Source of the DNA: Acidobacteriota bacterium
GTDB lineage: Bacteria; Acidobacteriota; Terriglobia; Terriglobales; Acidobacteriaceae
Reading direction: 5' to 3'
Assembly (NCBI GenBank): GCA_021804655.1
Contig: JAJZHE010000001.1
Coordinates: 2,903-66,902, forward strand
Length of the DNA: 64,000 nt
Part shown: piece after piece, positions 31,778 through 41,788 of the stretch
How the letters are laid out: each line of letters opens with the position of its first letter
Position numbering within the stretch: position 1 is the first letter of the stretch
Made by a program: the position numbers and the translations under genes
Notes under the pieces: generated by a model
Seen by the model: only the letters and a program-made list of their open reading frames with translations
Database searches by the model: none
What the model was told of the DNA's origin: nothing

Positions 31778-31828
31778 CGGGGCTGGAGCGTCCTGCTGTA
31801 TTTTGCAGCGTGGCGCTTTCCAGCCCCG
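31778..31828 (+). terminator. Long stem-loop after TBDR (terminator or stabiliser)
   Basis: cggggctgga...tccagccccg inverted repeat, no strong T-run. Confidence 0.5.
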
Positions 31829-31878
31829 GATACGATTCAAATGCGCAATGGAACACCCCTCTGGCTTACAATCGCCCC

Positions 31879-33150
31879 ATGAATTTGCTCTTGAGTGCGC
31901 CGCATTCTGACGCCGCCACCGCAGTTTTCCATCGAGGTCGTACTTGCAGGCGAGATGTGCGCCTGCTGTGTTTTGCTGTTTTTCTTGCGGCTGTTTCAAT
32001 TTCGTCGCATCAAGAGACGCTTCAGGCGCAGGTGGCCCAACCTTCACAGCAGGACGCAGCTTTGCAACAGGCCGACGCGGCTCTTCGCGCAGGCAACATT
32101 GCGCTCGCCGAGCAGCGCTATCAGGAAGTTCTGCGGCTTGATCCACACAACGGTCCTGCGCTGGCTGAACTGGGCACCATCGCCTATTCCCGGCGAGACT
32201 GTGGTTCTGCGATCCGCGATCTTCGCGCTGCGCTTCAGGATTCGCCACAGATGACGCAGGCTCGCGCATTGCTGGGCATCTGTGAGAAGCAACAGAATGA
32301 TGCAAGCGCTTTAGCAGACCTGCAATCTGCCTTCAAGGAGCTTCCAGAAGGCAAACTCCGCATTGAGGTCGGCGTGAATCTTGCGGATATGTTTTATCAG
32401 CGCGGGGACATCGATGCGACACTTCCTGTCCTTCAAAAATTGCTCACCCTGGCGCCAGACAATACGGACATTCTCTTCTTCGCCCAGCGCATCTATTCAG
32501 AACAGGCCGACAATGCGTTGAACAAACTGCTTCTGCTCGCGCCGGACTCGGCTCGGATGCAGCAGTTAATTGCAGAAAAACTCATCAACTCCGGTGACGC
32601 GCGCGATGCCATCGATCATTACAAGAAAGCGCTGGCTCTTGACCCACACCTGCCGGGCATGCACTTTGAACTGGCTGAGGCATATATGCAGCAGGGCAGC
32701 GGGCTGGCTATTTGGCAACTGGCCCGTGAACAGCTTCAACTGGCGCGTGAAGCCGACGGCGATAATCCTCAAATTGAGTGTGCGTTGGGTAGTCTGGATC
32801 AGAAACAGGGAAATGAAGCTTCTGCGCTTACACATTTCCAGCGCGCATATCGTCTTGCGCCTTCTGATCCTGAGGTCCAGCTCGATCTTGGTAAGCTGCT
32901 TGCGGATCAGAACCAACCGAATCTTGCTCTGCCTCTGTTGCGCGCGGCGGTAGCGGCAGATCCCATGAATGCCGGTGCCCACTACCGGCTGGCACGCGTC
33001 TGTCACCAGCTTCACCTCAGCAGCGAAGAATCTCTTCAGCTCAAACTCTACCGTGAAATTCGACAGGCTCAGGACAAGGTTGCAGCGATCCATCAGCAGA
33101 TGAATCGTCAGCCAGATCCGTCTGTACCTGCGAAAGATGAGCCGAAATGA
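31879..33150 (+). CDS. Tetratricopeptide repeat protein, exported
   Basis: Repeated TPR helices (ALALDP, AHYRLAR); signal-like N-terminus; TACAAT-N6-ATG. Confidence 0.85.
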   Translation: MNLLLSAPHSDAATAVFHRGRTCRRDVRLLCFAVFLAAVSISSHQETLQAQVAQPSQQDAALQQADAALRAGNIALAEQRYQEVLRLDPHNGPALAELGTIAYSRRDCGSAIRDLRAALQDSPQMTQARALLGICEKQQNDASALADLQSAFKELPEGKLRIEVGVNLADMFYQRGDIDATLPVLQKLLTLAPDNTDILFFAQRIYSEQADNALNKLLLLAPDSARMQQLIAEKLINSGDARDAIDHYKKALALDPHLPGMHFELAEAYMQQGSGLAIWQLAREQLQLAREADGDNPQIECALGSLDQKQGNEASALTHFQRAYRLAPSDPEVQLDLGKLLADQNQPNLALPLLRAAVAADPMNAGAHYRLARVCHQLHLSSEESLQLKLYREIRQAQDKVAAIHQQMNRQPDPSVPAKDEPK

Positions 33151-36100
33151 GTTTCGGAGTCTCTTTGATTTCTGCGGGGATCACTACGAGATTGCGGCGC
33201 ATGTGGCCGTGCGCTTCATGCGAATGCCTGCGCGCGAAGACAACCTCTATTCGGATGTGTTTGCTGTTTTTCTTACTTGTGGTTACTGCATCGTCAGCGT
33301 CTGGATCTGCTCCTGTCGGATATACGCGGAAAGTATGGCAGGCGCAGGATGGGTTGCCTGAGCAGACCGTGCAGGCTTTTGCGCAGACTCCAGACCACTA
33401 TTTGTGGATCGGCACAACGGGCGGATTGTTGCGATCCGACGGCTCTCATATCACCGTCTTCGACGACGAGAATACACCGCAAATCCACGAAAACAGCATC
33501 TTTTCGTTGCTGGTCACACGGGACGGTACGCTCTGGATTGGCACGGAAGGTGGTGGACTGCTGCGCTATCGCGCAGGCAGATTCCGCGCCTTCGGTGCCG
33601 CCGACGGCCTCAGCGATAACTTCATCCGCGCGCTCTTCCAGGATCGTGACGGCACACTCTGGGTGGGCACTGACAATGGACTGCTGCGCCTGGAGAGAGA
33701 TCGTTTTCTGCGCGTCGATGGTGCAAATGGAATTCCTACGCTTGCTGTTCACGCCATCACGCAGGACCAGCACGGAGCACTGTGGGCTGGCGGTTCTGAT
33801 CTGATCTCCATCGATCACGGCATCGTCCATCGCTACGCGCTGCAGGGTGGCATCAGCCAGAATCGTGTCAAATCAATTCTGGCTGCCAGAGACGGTTCCA
33901 TCTGGGTTGGCACCGTTCTCGGCTTGCATCGACTCTCTCCGGGCGCATCTTCATTCAAGCGCATTGCTGGCATTCATGCCACGGTTCGTGTCTTGCGGCA
34001 ATCCTCCGATGGCTCACTCTGGATCGGAATGATTGGCGACGGTCTTCGTCTGCTGCGGGACAACCAGTCCACGGTAATGACCGCCAGCGACACGTTGCCC
34101 AGCAACACGGTTCTGAATCTCTTTGAGGATGACGAACGAAATATCTGGATCGGCACGCAGGCTGGCATGGTGCGACTGACGCATACGCCTGTGCGCATTA
34201 TCCCGCTGCCGCAACCCGTCGATGCCGACTTCGGGACCATCTCGCCGGATACCGACGGTTCACTCTGGATCGTTTCGACGAATGTTTTTCGCATGCAGGG
34301 CGGCATTATTCGCACAGTTCACTTCCCGGGCCTTGGCCAGCTTCAGGTGCGCAACCTGTTACGCAGTCGTTCCGGTGCGCTCTGGATTGGAACAGACGGT
34401 GACGGCATCGTACGCCTCGATCATGGGAAAATCCGCTGGTACACCACGCGCAATGGTCTCGTGAACAACTTCATTCGTGCCATGCTCGAAGCGCGCGATG
34501 GAACGCTTTGGATCGGTGCGGATGAAGGGGTCAGTCACCTGACGCCGCATGGATTGATTAACTATCGCATGCGCGATGGCCTGTCCTACTTCAGCACGCG
34601 TGCTTTGCTCCAGGATCACAATGGCGACATCTGGATAGGTACGGATCGTGGTCTGAACCATATCCATCAGGGAAGGTTTGTTCATGATGCCGCAACCGTC
34701 GGCCTTAGCCAGAAGAAGGTCTGGACCATCCATGAAGATGCCGAGGGTGGTCTCTGGTTTGGCACGCGCAACGATGGTCTTTTTCGATGGAAACATGGCA
34801 TGCTCACGCATTACACCACCGATCAGGGGCTGGCAAGTAACAGCATCTATCAAATTTTGGAAGATGTGCACGGCGGCTTCTGGATCAGCGGCCCGAATGG
34901 CATCTCACTGCTCAGCCGCAAGGAACTGGACGCCGCTGCGGATTATCCGACGGCGCATCTTTCGCTGAGCTTCTATGGCATCTCCAACGATGTGGATGCA
35001 GCGCAAATTTATGGCGGTCGGCAACCCTCCGGTTGTCTCGACGCACATGGCGAAGCATGGTTTCTGACGGATCGCGGCCCGCTTCATATTCTCGCTGGTC
35101 ATGTATCTTCCGACACGCCAATTCCAATCGTGATTCATGGCGTTCAGGTCAATGGACGCACCGTCGCGAGTGACCACGGCATCACAATTCAACCCGGAAA
35201 CAGCCGACTTGAAATTGCCTGGTCGCCAATGCTGCTGCGCTCCCAGGACAGTCTTCGATTCCGTTACCAGCTCAATGGATTTGATGCACACTGGGTCGAT
35301 GCTGGAACGCGTCGCTCCGCCTCTTACACCAGTCTTCCTCCGGGAAGGTACAGCTTCCGCGTGCAGGCATTCGAGGTCAATCATCCTGAGGTTCTTTCTT
35401 CGGTTTCACTTGCCGTTGTCCAGCGCCCGCTGTTTTACCGTACGCCGTGGTTCATCGTTTCGGTTGCAATGTTGATTGTCCTGCTCATCGTGGCCATCTA
35501 CTCCTTGCGCGTCTGGCGCATTCGTATGCAGTTTGAAGCTGTTCTGGAAGAACGATCCCGCTTGGCGCGTGAGATGCACGACACCGTCATCCAGGGTTGC
35601 ACCAGCATCTCGGCGCTGATCGAAGGAATATCGAGCCTTCGTTCGCAGGATGAAGGAGCAGAACGCAGCCTCGTCGAGCACGCTCGCACGCAGATTCGCA
35701 GCACCATCAATGAAGCGCGTGAAGCTGTCTGGAATCTGCGCCGCAACCGGCCTGCGGAAAACTCGCTGGATCAGACTCTTCATCAGATGGCTGCGCACTG
35801 CGCCGATGAGTTTGGCCTGCCCGTTCAGGTTGAAGTCCGTGGAAAACCATTCGTTCTGAATCAATTTGCCACGTATGAATTGTTGATGCTGGCCCGTGAA
35901 GCTATCCACAATGCAGTTTTGCACGGCCATCCCAAAAGCATTGAGGTCGGGCTTTCGTTTGCGCGCAATCACCTGATTCTGGAGATCGCCGATAATGGTT
36001 CAGGATTCGATCCGGAACAGGTGCAGGCACAACCCGGCCATCATTACGGCCTGACCGGAATGCGAGAGCGCGTCCAATCCGTTGGAGGTCGATTCTCATT

Positions 36101-36188
36101 GACGAGCATCATCGGTCTGGGCACGCGCATCTGGATCGAGATGCCGCGTCGCGTTACTGTTCCGCGGAACGCCATGGGGAACACTTGA
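33147..36188 (+). CDS. Sensor histidine kinase with two-component-regulator propeller repeats, Y_Y_Y and HisKA_3
   Basis: Many LWIGT repeats, FRYQLNG...YTSLPPGRY, TM, ERSRLAREMHD, DNGSGF, GLTGMRER; start may be somewhat downstream. Confidence 0.92.
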   Translation: MSFGVSLISAGITTRLRRMWPCASCECLRAKTTSIRMCLLFFLLVVTASSASGSAPVGYTRKVWQAQDGLPEQTVQAFAQTPDHYLWIGTTGGLLRSDGSHITVFDDENTPQIHENSIFSLLVTRDGTLWIGTEGGGLLRYRAGRFRAFGAADGLSDNFIRALFQDRDGTLWVGTDNGLLRLERDRFLRVDGANGIPTLAVHAITQDQHGALWAGGSDLISIDHGIVHRYALQGGISQNRVKSILAARDGSIWVGTVLGLHRLSPGASSFKRIAGIHATVRVLRQSSDGSLWIGMIGDGLRLLRDNQSTVMTASDTLPSNTVLNLFEDDERNIWIGTQAGMVRLTHTPVRIIPLPQPVDADFGTISPDTDGSLWIVSTNVFRMQGGIIRTVHFPGLGQLQVRNLLRSRSGALWIGTDGDGIVRLDHGKIRWYTTRNGLVNNFIRAMLEARDGTLWIGADEGVSHLTPHGLINYRMRDGLSYFSTRALLQDHNGDIWIGTDRGLNHIHQGRFVHDAATVGLSQKKVWTIHEDAEGGLWFGTRNDGLFRWKHGMLTHYTTDQGLASNSIYQILEDVHGGFWISGPNGISLLSRKELDAAADYPTAHLSLSFYGISNDVDAAQIYGGRQPSGCLDAHGEAWFLTDRGPLHILAGHVSSDTPIPIVIHGVQVNGRTVASDHGITIQPGNSRLEIAWSPMLLRSQDSLRFRYQLNGFDAHWVDAGTRRSASYTSLPPGRYSFRVQAFEVNHPEVLSSVSLAVVQRPLFYRTPWFIVSVAMLIVLLIVAIYSLRVWRIRMQFEAVLEERSRLAREMHDTVIQGCTSISALIEGISSLRSQDEGAERSLVEHARTQIRSTINEAREAVWNLRRNRPAENSLDQTLHQMAAHCADEFGLPVQVEVRGKPFVLNQFATYELLMLAREAIHNAVLHGHPKSIEVGLSFARNHLILEIADNGSGFDPEQVQAQPGHHYGLTGMRERVQSVGGRFSLTSIIGLGTRIWIEMPRRVTVPRNAMGNT

Positions 36189-36203
36189 AAGGATTCAGCA
36201 AGC

Positions 36204-36848
36204 ATGGATAAGACCCATAAAATTCGTGTTCTCATCGTCGATGATCATCCCATTATGCGTGTTGGAATTGCTGCCATCATCAACGCTCGCCCAGACATGA
36301 TCACGGTCGCTGAAGCCAGCAGTGGAGAGGATGCCATCACGCTGTTTGCCCAGCACAGGCCAGACATTACGCTGATGGATCTTCGCTTGCCCGGCATCAA
36401 TGGAGTCGAAACCATTCGTCGCATTCGTGCCCGGCATCCAACGGCCTGTTTCGTCGTGCTCACCACATACGAGGGCGATGAAGACATCTATCAGGCGCTT
36501 GAAGCCGGTGCGCGTGCCTACATCATCAAAGGCATGCAGCACGAGGCGCTCGTTGACGCGCTGCGCCGCGTTGTTTCGGGTGGAAGGTTTCTTCCGTCCC
36601 CGATTTCCCGCGCGCTTGCCGAGCGAACTCCAGACTCCGACCTCAGCGCACGAGAGCGCGAGGTTCTGCGACTGCTTGTTCAAGGGCAAAGCAACAAAGG
36701 AATCGCCGCGACACTCGGAATCACGGAGGCCACCGTCAAGTCTCACGTCAGCGTCATCCTGCTCCGCCTCAAGGTTGAGGATCGAACGCAAGCCGTAGTA
36801 GCTGCGCTGCAGCGCGGCCTTGTGCATCTGCCGCGCGAAACGCATTGA
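36204..36848 (+). CDS. NarL/LuxR family response regulator
   Basis: VDDHP, LMDLRLPG, LSAREREVL...SNKGIA...TVKSHV. Confidence 0.95.
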   Translation: MDKTHKIRVLIVDDHPIMRVGIAAIINARPDMITVAEASSGEDAITLFAQHRPDITLMDLRLPGINGVETIRRIRARHPTACFVVLTTYEGDEDIYQALEAGARAYIIKGMQHEALVDALRRVVSGGRFLPSPISRALAERTPDSDLSAREREVLRLLVQGQSNKGIAATLGITEATVKSHVSVILLRLKVEDRTQAVVAALQRGLVHLPRETH

Positions 36849-36866
36849 GTGTTGGTCGGGAGGATA

Positions 36867-39407
36867 TTAACCCGTGCTCACTGTAATTTCCGCACTCGAC
36901 AAGCCAGATGCGCTCGCGCGGAAATGAAACTGGCCTGCTTGTTGCGTGGACTGCACAATCGCAAGACACAAACCATGAAACGCCGTCTGCACATTGCCCT
37001 GGTAGCGCTGATGGCTGAATGGATTGCCATTGTCGACGCCGATGAGTCGCCCAGCGCCTTCAACGGTAAAGCTCACCATGTCCGAAGCCGAGGGAATCTG
37101 GCGTCCGGCGTCATCCGCGATCATCACCGTGATGTGCGCAACGTCACGACCATCGGCTTGCAGATGGAGCCGATCGGCAGTCAAATGGATGCGCGCCGAC
37201 GCGCCGACGGTCATCACCTCCTGCGTAGCAACCACTCTGCCGCCGTTCATGCCAACAGCTTTGATTTCGCCTGGCTCATACGGCACGTCCCAGCTCAAAT
37301 GCAGATCGCTTGTTGTACGCAAACTCTTCGCGCGCGCAGGATAATTTCCATACACACCCTGCATGCCGATCCGCGGAAACTCATATCCCTTTACGCCCAT
37401 CGAGCGTCCGTTCAGGAAGAGCTCAACCATCTCACAATTCGTGAAGCAAGTGACCGGGATGACCGTACCCTCTTGTCCGTGCCAACTCCAATGTGGACTC
37501 AGATGAACCATCGGCGCTTCGGTCCACTGACTTTGATAAAAGTAGTACGCATCCTTCTGGAATCCGCAGGTATCAAGAGCGCCAAAGGTGCTGCCCCGCA
37601 TCGGCCACACCGCCTCGCCAAGATAGTCGATGCCAGTCCACATAAAATCACCGGCCACATAGTCATATTCGCGAACAAACTTCCACAATGACTCCGTATC
37701 CACAATCAGGTTTTGCTGTGGCAGGAAGTGCATGCCAACGGCAGGCTGCGACGGTTCCATCAGATACTGGTAGTCGCCGCGAATTCCGCCGATTCCAATG
37801 CTCTCCGTGCCCACGAATCGTCTCTTCGGATGCGCTGCTCGATCGATGCTGTAGTAGAGCTGTGCCCGCTCCCGCCAGCGATCCACATAGTTGTAACCCA
37901 CCACATCCAGCGCTTCCAGAAACTCCGGTTTCACTCGATTGGAAAGCGGTTCGGAGGCGATTCTGTCACAGGCCGCTGTCACCGGTCGCGTCGGATCTTC
38001 TTCGTGGATGATGCGCTTCAACTCGAGCAGTGTTTGCGTTCCATTCGGCGCTGCCTGGTCGCCGATCTCGTTGCCTGCGCTCCAGATCACGATGGAAGGA
38101 TGATTGCAATCCCGACGCAGAAAGTCTCTCAGGTCGCGCTCATGCCAGGCGTCAAAATAACGACTATATCCAAATTTCACCTGATCCTTGGGCACGCGCC
38201 ATTCGTCAAACGCTTCCGCCATGACCAGAAATCCCATCTGATCGCAGAGGTCCAGAAACTCCGCAGCAAACGGATTGTGGCTTGTTCGAATTGCGTTGCA
38301 ACCCATTGCCTTCAGCAGTTCAAGGCGCCGCTCCCACACACGCACCGGAACCGCAGCACCTACGCAGCCGCCCTCTGGATGAACGCATACGCCTTTCAGC
38401 TTTACGCGCTGCCCGTTCAGCAAAAAACCATGATCCGCATCGAATCGCGCTTCACGAATACCGAAACTGATCGTCGTCGCGTCAGTTGCCGTTCCTTCGT
38501 CATTAATCTCACATTGCAACCGATACAGATGCGGATCCTCCGGCGACCACAACTTTGCCCCAGCGACGACAAGGGCAAGCTCAACGGTGAGCTCACTGCC
38601 TGCGGTCACATTTACTGGAAGCTCTTTTGTGGCGATCGTCTCGCCCTCTCGATCGGTCAGCATGGCACGCACGGTACAGCCGCGACTCTTGTTGCCGGCG
38701 TTACGAACCTTCCCACGCACAAGCACAGTGGCTTCTTGTCCGCTGATGGATCGCGTCCATGCAAATATGCCCCACGGCGCAAAATGCAGATCGGCAGTTC
38801 GACACAGATGGGTATGTCGGTAGATTCCGGATCCGGAGTACCAGCGACAGTTGGGCTGCTGTGAGTTATCCACGCGAACCGCGATGACATTCTCAGCTCC
38901 GAATTTCAAATAAGGAGTCAACTCATACCAGAAGGGAACAAAGCCGTATGGACGATCCCCCAGCTTGTGTCCATTGATCCAAACGGTGCTGTTTTCGTAG
39001 ATGCCATCGAAAAAAATCGTAAGAATTCTTTCGCGATCACTCTCTGCTGCTTCAAAGTGCTTCCTGTACCACCCGATTCCGGTCGGCATATAGCCGCCCG
39101 GTCCGCTGCTTGCAGCGCGTTGGTCAATCTCGCCCTCGATACTCCAGTCATGCGGCAGGCGCACGCTGCGCCAGGCTTCATCCCGCCAGGCAATCTGTTC
39201 CGCTCCTGCGAAATCGCCGCGCGCGAAAAGCCAGTCATCATCGAAGTCCTGCATGCGGGTGCCGAAGCTTTCCACGACGGCCTGCTTTGTTTCCTCTGCA
39301 TAGAGCGAAGCGCCTTTTGCGCTCAGCAGCGCGATTCCAGCCGCCGCTGAGGCAATCCATTCGCGTCGCGTCATCTTTGCCACAGAGGTCCACCGATCCT
39401 CGGCCAT
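36867..39407 (-). CDS. Glycoside hydrolase family 2 (beta-galactosidase-like), Tat-exported
   Basis: TRREWI Tat motif; LPHDWSIE, RWYSGSGIYR, NAIRTSHNP, WSAGNE, WTGIDYLGE. Confidence 0.92.
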   Translation of the reverse strand: MAEDRWTSVAKMTRREWIASAAAGIALLSAKGASLYAEETKQAVVESFGTRMQDFDDDWLFARGDFAGAEQIAWRDEAWRSVRLPHDWSIEGEIDQRAASSGPGGYMPTGIGWYRKHFEAAESDRERILTIFFDGIYENSTVWINGHKLGDRPYGFVPFWYELTPYLKFGAENVIAVRVDNSQQPNCRWYSGSGIYRHTHLCRTADLHFAPWGIFAWTRSISGQEATVLVRGKVRNAGNKSRGCTVRAMLTDREGETIATKELPVNVTAGSELTVELALVVAGAKLWSPEDPHLYRLQCEINDEGTATDATTISFGIREARFDADHGFLLNGQRVKLKGVCVHPEGGCVGAAVPVRVWERRLELLKAMGCNAIRTSHNPFAAEFLDLCDQMGFLVMAEAFDEWRVPKDQVKFGYSRYFDAWHERDLRDFLRRDCNHPSIVIWSAGNEIGDQAAPNGTQTLLELKRIIHEEDPTRPVTAACDRIASEPLSNRVKPEFLEALDVVGYNYVDRWRERAQLYYSIDRAAHPKRRFVGTESIGIGGIRGDYQYLMEPSQPAVGMHFLPQQNLIVDTESLWKFVREYDYVAGDFMWTGIDYLGEAVWPMRGSTFGALDTCGFQKDAYYFYQSQWTEAPMVHLSPHWSWHGQEGTVIPVTCFTNCEMVELFLNGRSMGVKGYEFPRIGMQGVYGNYPARAKSLRTTSDLHLSWDVPYEPGEIKAVGMNGGRVVATQEVMTVGASARIHLTADRLHLQADGRDVAHITVMIADDAGRQIPSASDMVSFTVEGAGRLIGVDNGNPFSHQRYQGNVQTAFHGLCLAIVQSTQQAGQFHFRASASGLSSAEITVSTG

Positions 39408-39498
39408 GTTCACCGCTCCGAAACAAAAGTAAAATCGTTTTGCCTGCGTTGTCACAGCGCAAAGCATCTTTTGATTCAAGCACACCATCAATCACCCA

Positions 39499-39520
39499 GA
39501 ATCCGACTTTCGTCGGATTC
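39499..39520 (+). promoter_or_regulatory. Operator copy 3 (GAATCCGAC-TTTC-GTCGGATTC) between divergent GH2 and GH5-like genes
   Basis: Perfect 9-4-9 palindrome; TACAGT 21 nt downstream of the 18-bp core. Confidence 0.78.
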
Positions 39521-39554
39521 ACATCATCCCTCTGCGGGGTACAGTTTCTGCGAT

Positions 39555-41741
39555 ATGACTTCATCCTCTTTTTCCGTTCTTAGTTTGCATTGGAGTTCGT
39601 GCAGGCTAAATTCCTTCAGACGACTTCACTTCATGGCGCTAGCTCTCGTCACGTTTGCAGCGTTTTCATTCCTGCCCCTTCGCGCACAACTGCCCGCGCA
39701 GACGCAGCAGCCATATCCGCTCGATTATGTCCGCATGCTGGCGTCTCCATCGTCCATCGATCTATCGTTCCTGCTGGATGCTCCGGCAGGCAAACGCGGA
39801 TTTCTGCGCGTCGCCAACGGTCATCTTGCCACCGCGGATGGCAAGCGTATACGTCTCTGGGGCGTGAACATCACAGACTGGAGTCCAGGCTCGCGCCAGA
39901 TTCCAGACAAAGCGGATGCTGCCTTCTGGGCGCAGGTGCTGGCGCGCTTCGGGGTCAACTGCGTACGTCTCCAGTTTCTTGATCTGACCACGCCGCGTGG
40001 CCTGATCGTTCCAGACCGCGCAGACACGCGCATGCTCGATGCTGACCAGCTTGACCGCGAAGATTACTTCATCGCGCAACTGGAGCAACGAGGAATTTAT
40101 ATCGACTTCAACCTGCTTGTGGGCCGCCCATTCAAGGCAGGAGATGGCGTCGCCGATGCCGATCGGTTGCACGAAGGAGCGAAAGGAACTTCGTTATTCG
40201 ATCATCGCCTCATCGAACTTCAGCAGGAGTATGCGCGCCAGCTTCTTACGCATCGCAACCCTTACACCGGTCACGCCTATAGCGACGATCCGGCCGTCGC
40301 CATCGTGGAAGTGAACAACGAAAACGCGATCAATGTTGGCTACCGCGCGCCGTCTCGTTTTTATGCTGATGAGCTTGAGAAACTTTACAACCAGTGGCTG
40401 GCGGAGCATCGAAGCCCGGAGCAGATCCTGCAACTGCGAACTCTTGCTTCAGTTCCCGACGCCAGTGCTCAAGTACCACTGCTCACATCGCGCTGGCAGG
40501 CCGCGAGCGCTCCATCGGAACGTTTCCAGACCGAGGCAGCATTCTTCAACGATCTTCAGCACAGCTACTTCGATGCGATGCGCATCTTTCTCCAGCAGAC
40601 TCTGAGCGTTCATTCGTTGATCATTGCGACTGCCGATCACAGCCACTCAGGGAGCGGATATCCCATCCTGATGGCGACCCAAGACAACGACATCATCGAC
40701 GGACATACTTACTGGCAACATCCGGAGATGTACGTTCACAAATCTCCCATGGTCGATGATCCGTTCAACTCCACGGTTGTCGAGCTTTCACGCTCCGCGA
40801 TTGCGGGCAAGCCGTATACCGTGAGCGAGGTCAACAACGCATTTCCAAACAACTACGATGCAGAGGGAATTCCCGTACTTGCGGCCTACGGCGCGTTGCA
40901 GGATTGGGATGCGATTCTCTGGTACACCTTCGAGCCGAAGCAATCCCGCAACGCAGCGCCGTACGTCGGCGATCCGTTTGATATTTCGCAGCACCCTGTG
41001 AAAATGGCCGAGCTTGCCGCCGACGCGTTGCTGTTTCTGCGCAGCGATGTACAACCAGCTAAAACCACAGTCACGCGGACGTATTCCGAGGATCAGGTCT
41101 TCGATTCCATGCTGTTGCCGACGATGGATCGCCCTTATTTTACGCCAGGATTTCCGCTTTCACTTCCAATTCAGGATGCGGTCCGCATCGCTTCCTTTGA
41201 CGCTCCAATGACTCGGAAGTTCCCGGCTGCGATGAGTGCCTCGCCGATCCGCTCGGACACGCATCAGCTCGCCTGGTACTACGGTGCGACGCACTCCGGT
41301 CTTGTCTCTGTCGATACGCCGCGAACACAGGCTTTGATCGGATTTCTCAATGCACATCCTGAAGCAGCGGACGCGAACGTGTCGGCTTTGATTCACAATC
41401 CTTTTGCAGCTCTTCAGGTGACTGCGCTCGATGGTGATTCCATCGCGGATGCGCATCGGCTGCTTGTCGTTGCAGGGGCAGCGGTTGCCAACTCCGGTGC
41501 AACCTGGAATGCTGTCGGCACTGCGTTGACCAACTGGGGTAAAGCCCCGGTCACCATCGATCCTGTGCGTGGTCAGTTGATGCTGCATCATCTGGTCAGT
41601 GCTCGTCTTGTCACCCTCACTGCGCTCGATGGTGCAGCTCAGCCCATGGGGCAGCCCGTGGTGGCAACGCACTCCGGGGCGGTCTGGACGCTTTCACTCG
41701 ATCGAGTGACGCCGTGGTATCTGGTCACGGTTACGCGATAA
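39555..41741 (+). CDS. Clan GH-A (GH5-like) glycoside hydrolase, exported
   Basis: RLWGVN, GVNCVR, HRNPYTG, IVEVNNEN (acid/base), DGHTYWQHP, VSEVN (nucleophile); alternative start 39633. Confidence 0.75.
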   Translation: MTSSSFSVLSLHWSSCRLNSFRRLHFMALALVTFAAFSFLPLRAQLPAQTQQPYPLDYVRMLASPSSIDLSFLLDAPAGKRGFLRVANGHLATADGKRIRLWGVNITDWSPGSRQIPDKADAAFWAQVLARFGVNCVRLQFLDLTTPRGLIVPDRADTRMLDADQLDREDYFIAQLEQRGIYIDFNLLVGRPFKAGDGVADADRLHEGAKGTSLFDHRLIELQQEYARQLLTHRNPYTGHAYSDDPAVAIVEVNNENAINVGYRAPSRFYADELEKLYNQWLAEHRSPEQILQLRTLASVPDASAQVPLLTSRWQAASAPSERFQTEAAFFNDLQHSYFDAMRIFLQQTLSVHSLIIATADHSHSGSGYPILMATQDNDIIDGHTYWQHPEMYVHKSPMVDDPFNSTVVELSRSAIAGKPYTVSEVNNAFPNNYDAEGIPVLAAYGALQDWDAILWYTFEPKQSRNAAPYVGDPFDISQHPVKMAELAADALLFLRSDVQPAKTTVTRTYSEDQVFDSMLLPTMDRPYFTPGFPLSLPIQDAVRIASFDAPMTRKFPAAMSASPIRSDTHQLAWYYGATHSGLVSVDTPRTQALIGFLNAHPEAADANVSALIHNPFAALQVTALDGDSIADAHRLLVVAGAAVANSGATWNAVGTALTNWGKAPVTIDPVRGQLMLHHLVSARLVTLTALDGAAQPMGQPVVATHSGAVWTLSLDRVTPWYLVTVTR

Positions 41742-41744
41742 AAA

Positions 41745-41774
41745 ATCCCACGACTTCGAGAGAAGTCGTGGGAT
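41745..41774. terminator. Intrinsic terminator between convergent GH genes
   Basis: atcccacgacttc-gaga-gaagtcgtgggat preceded by an A-run. Confidence 0.85.
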
Positions 41775-41788
41775 CGAAGGGGTGAGCT

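Noticed and set aside
28101-39520. ATCCGAC palindromes as CRISPR repeats, REP elements or terminators
   Set aside because: Not arrayed, no cas genes, no T-tails, and always at a fixed promoter-proximal position
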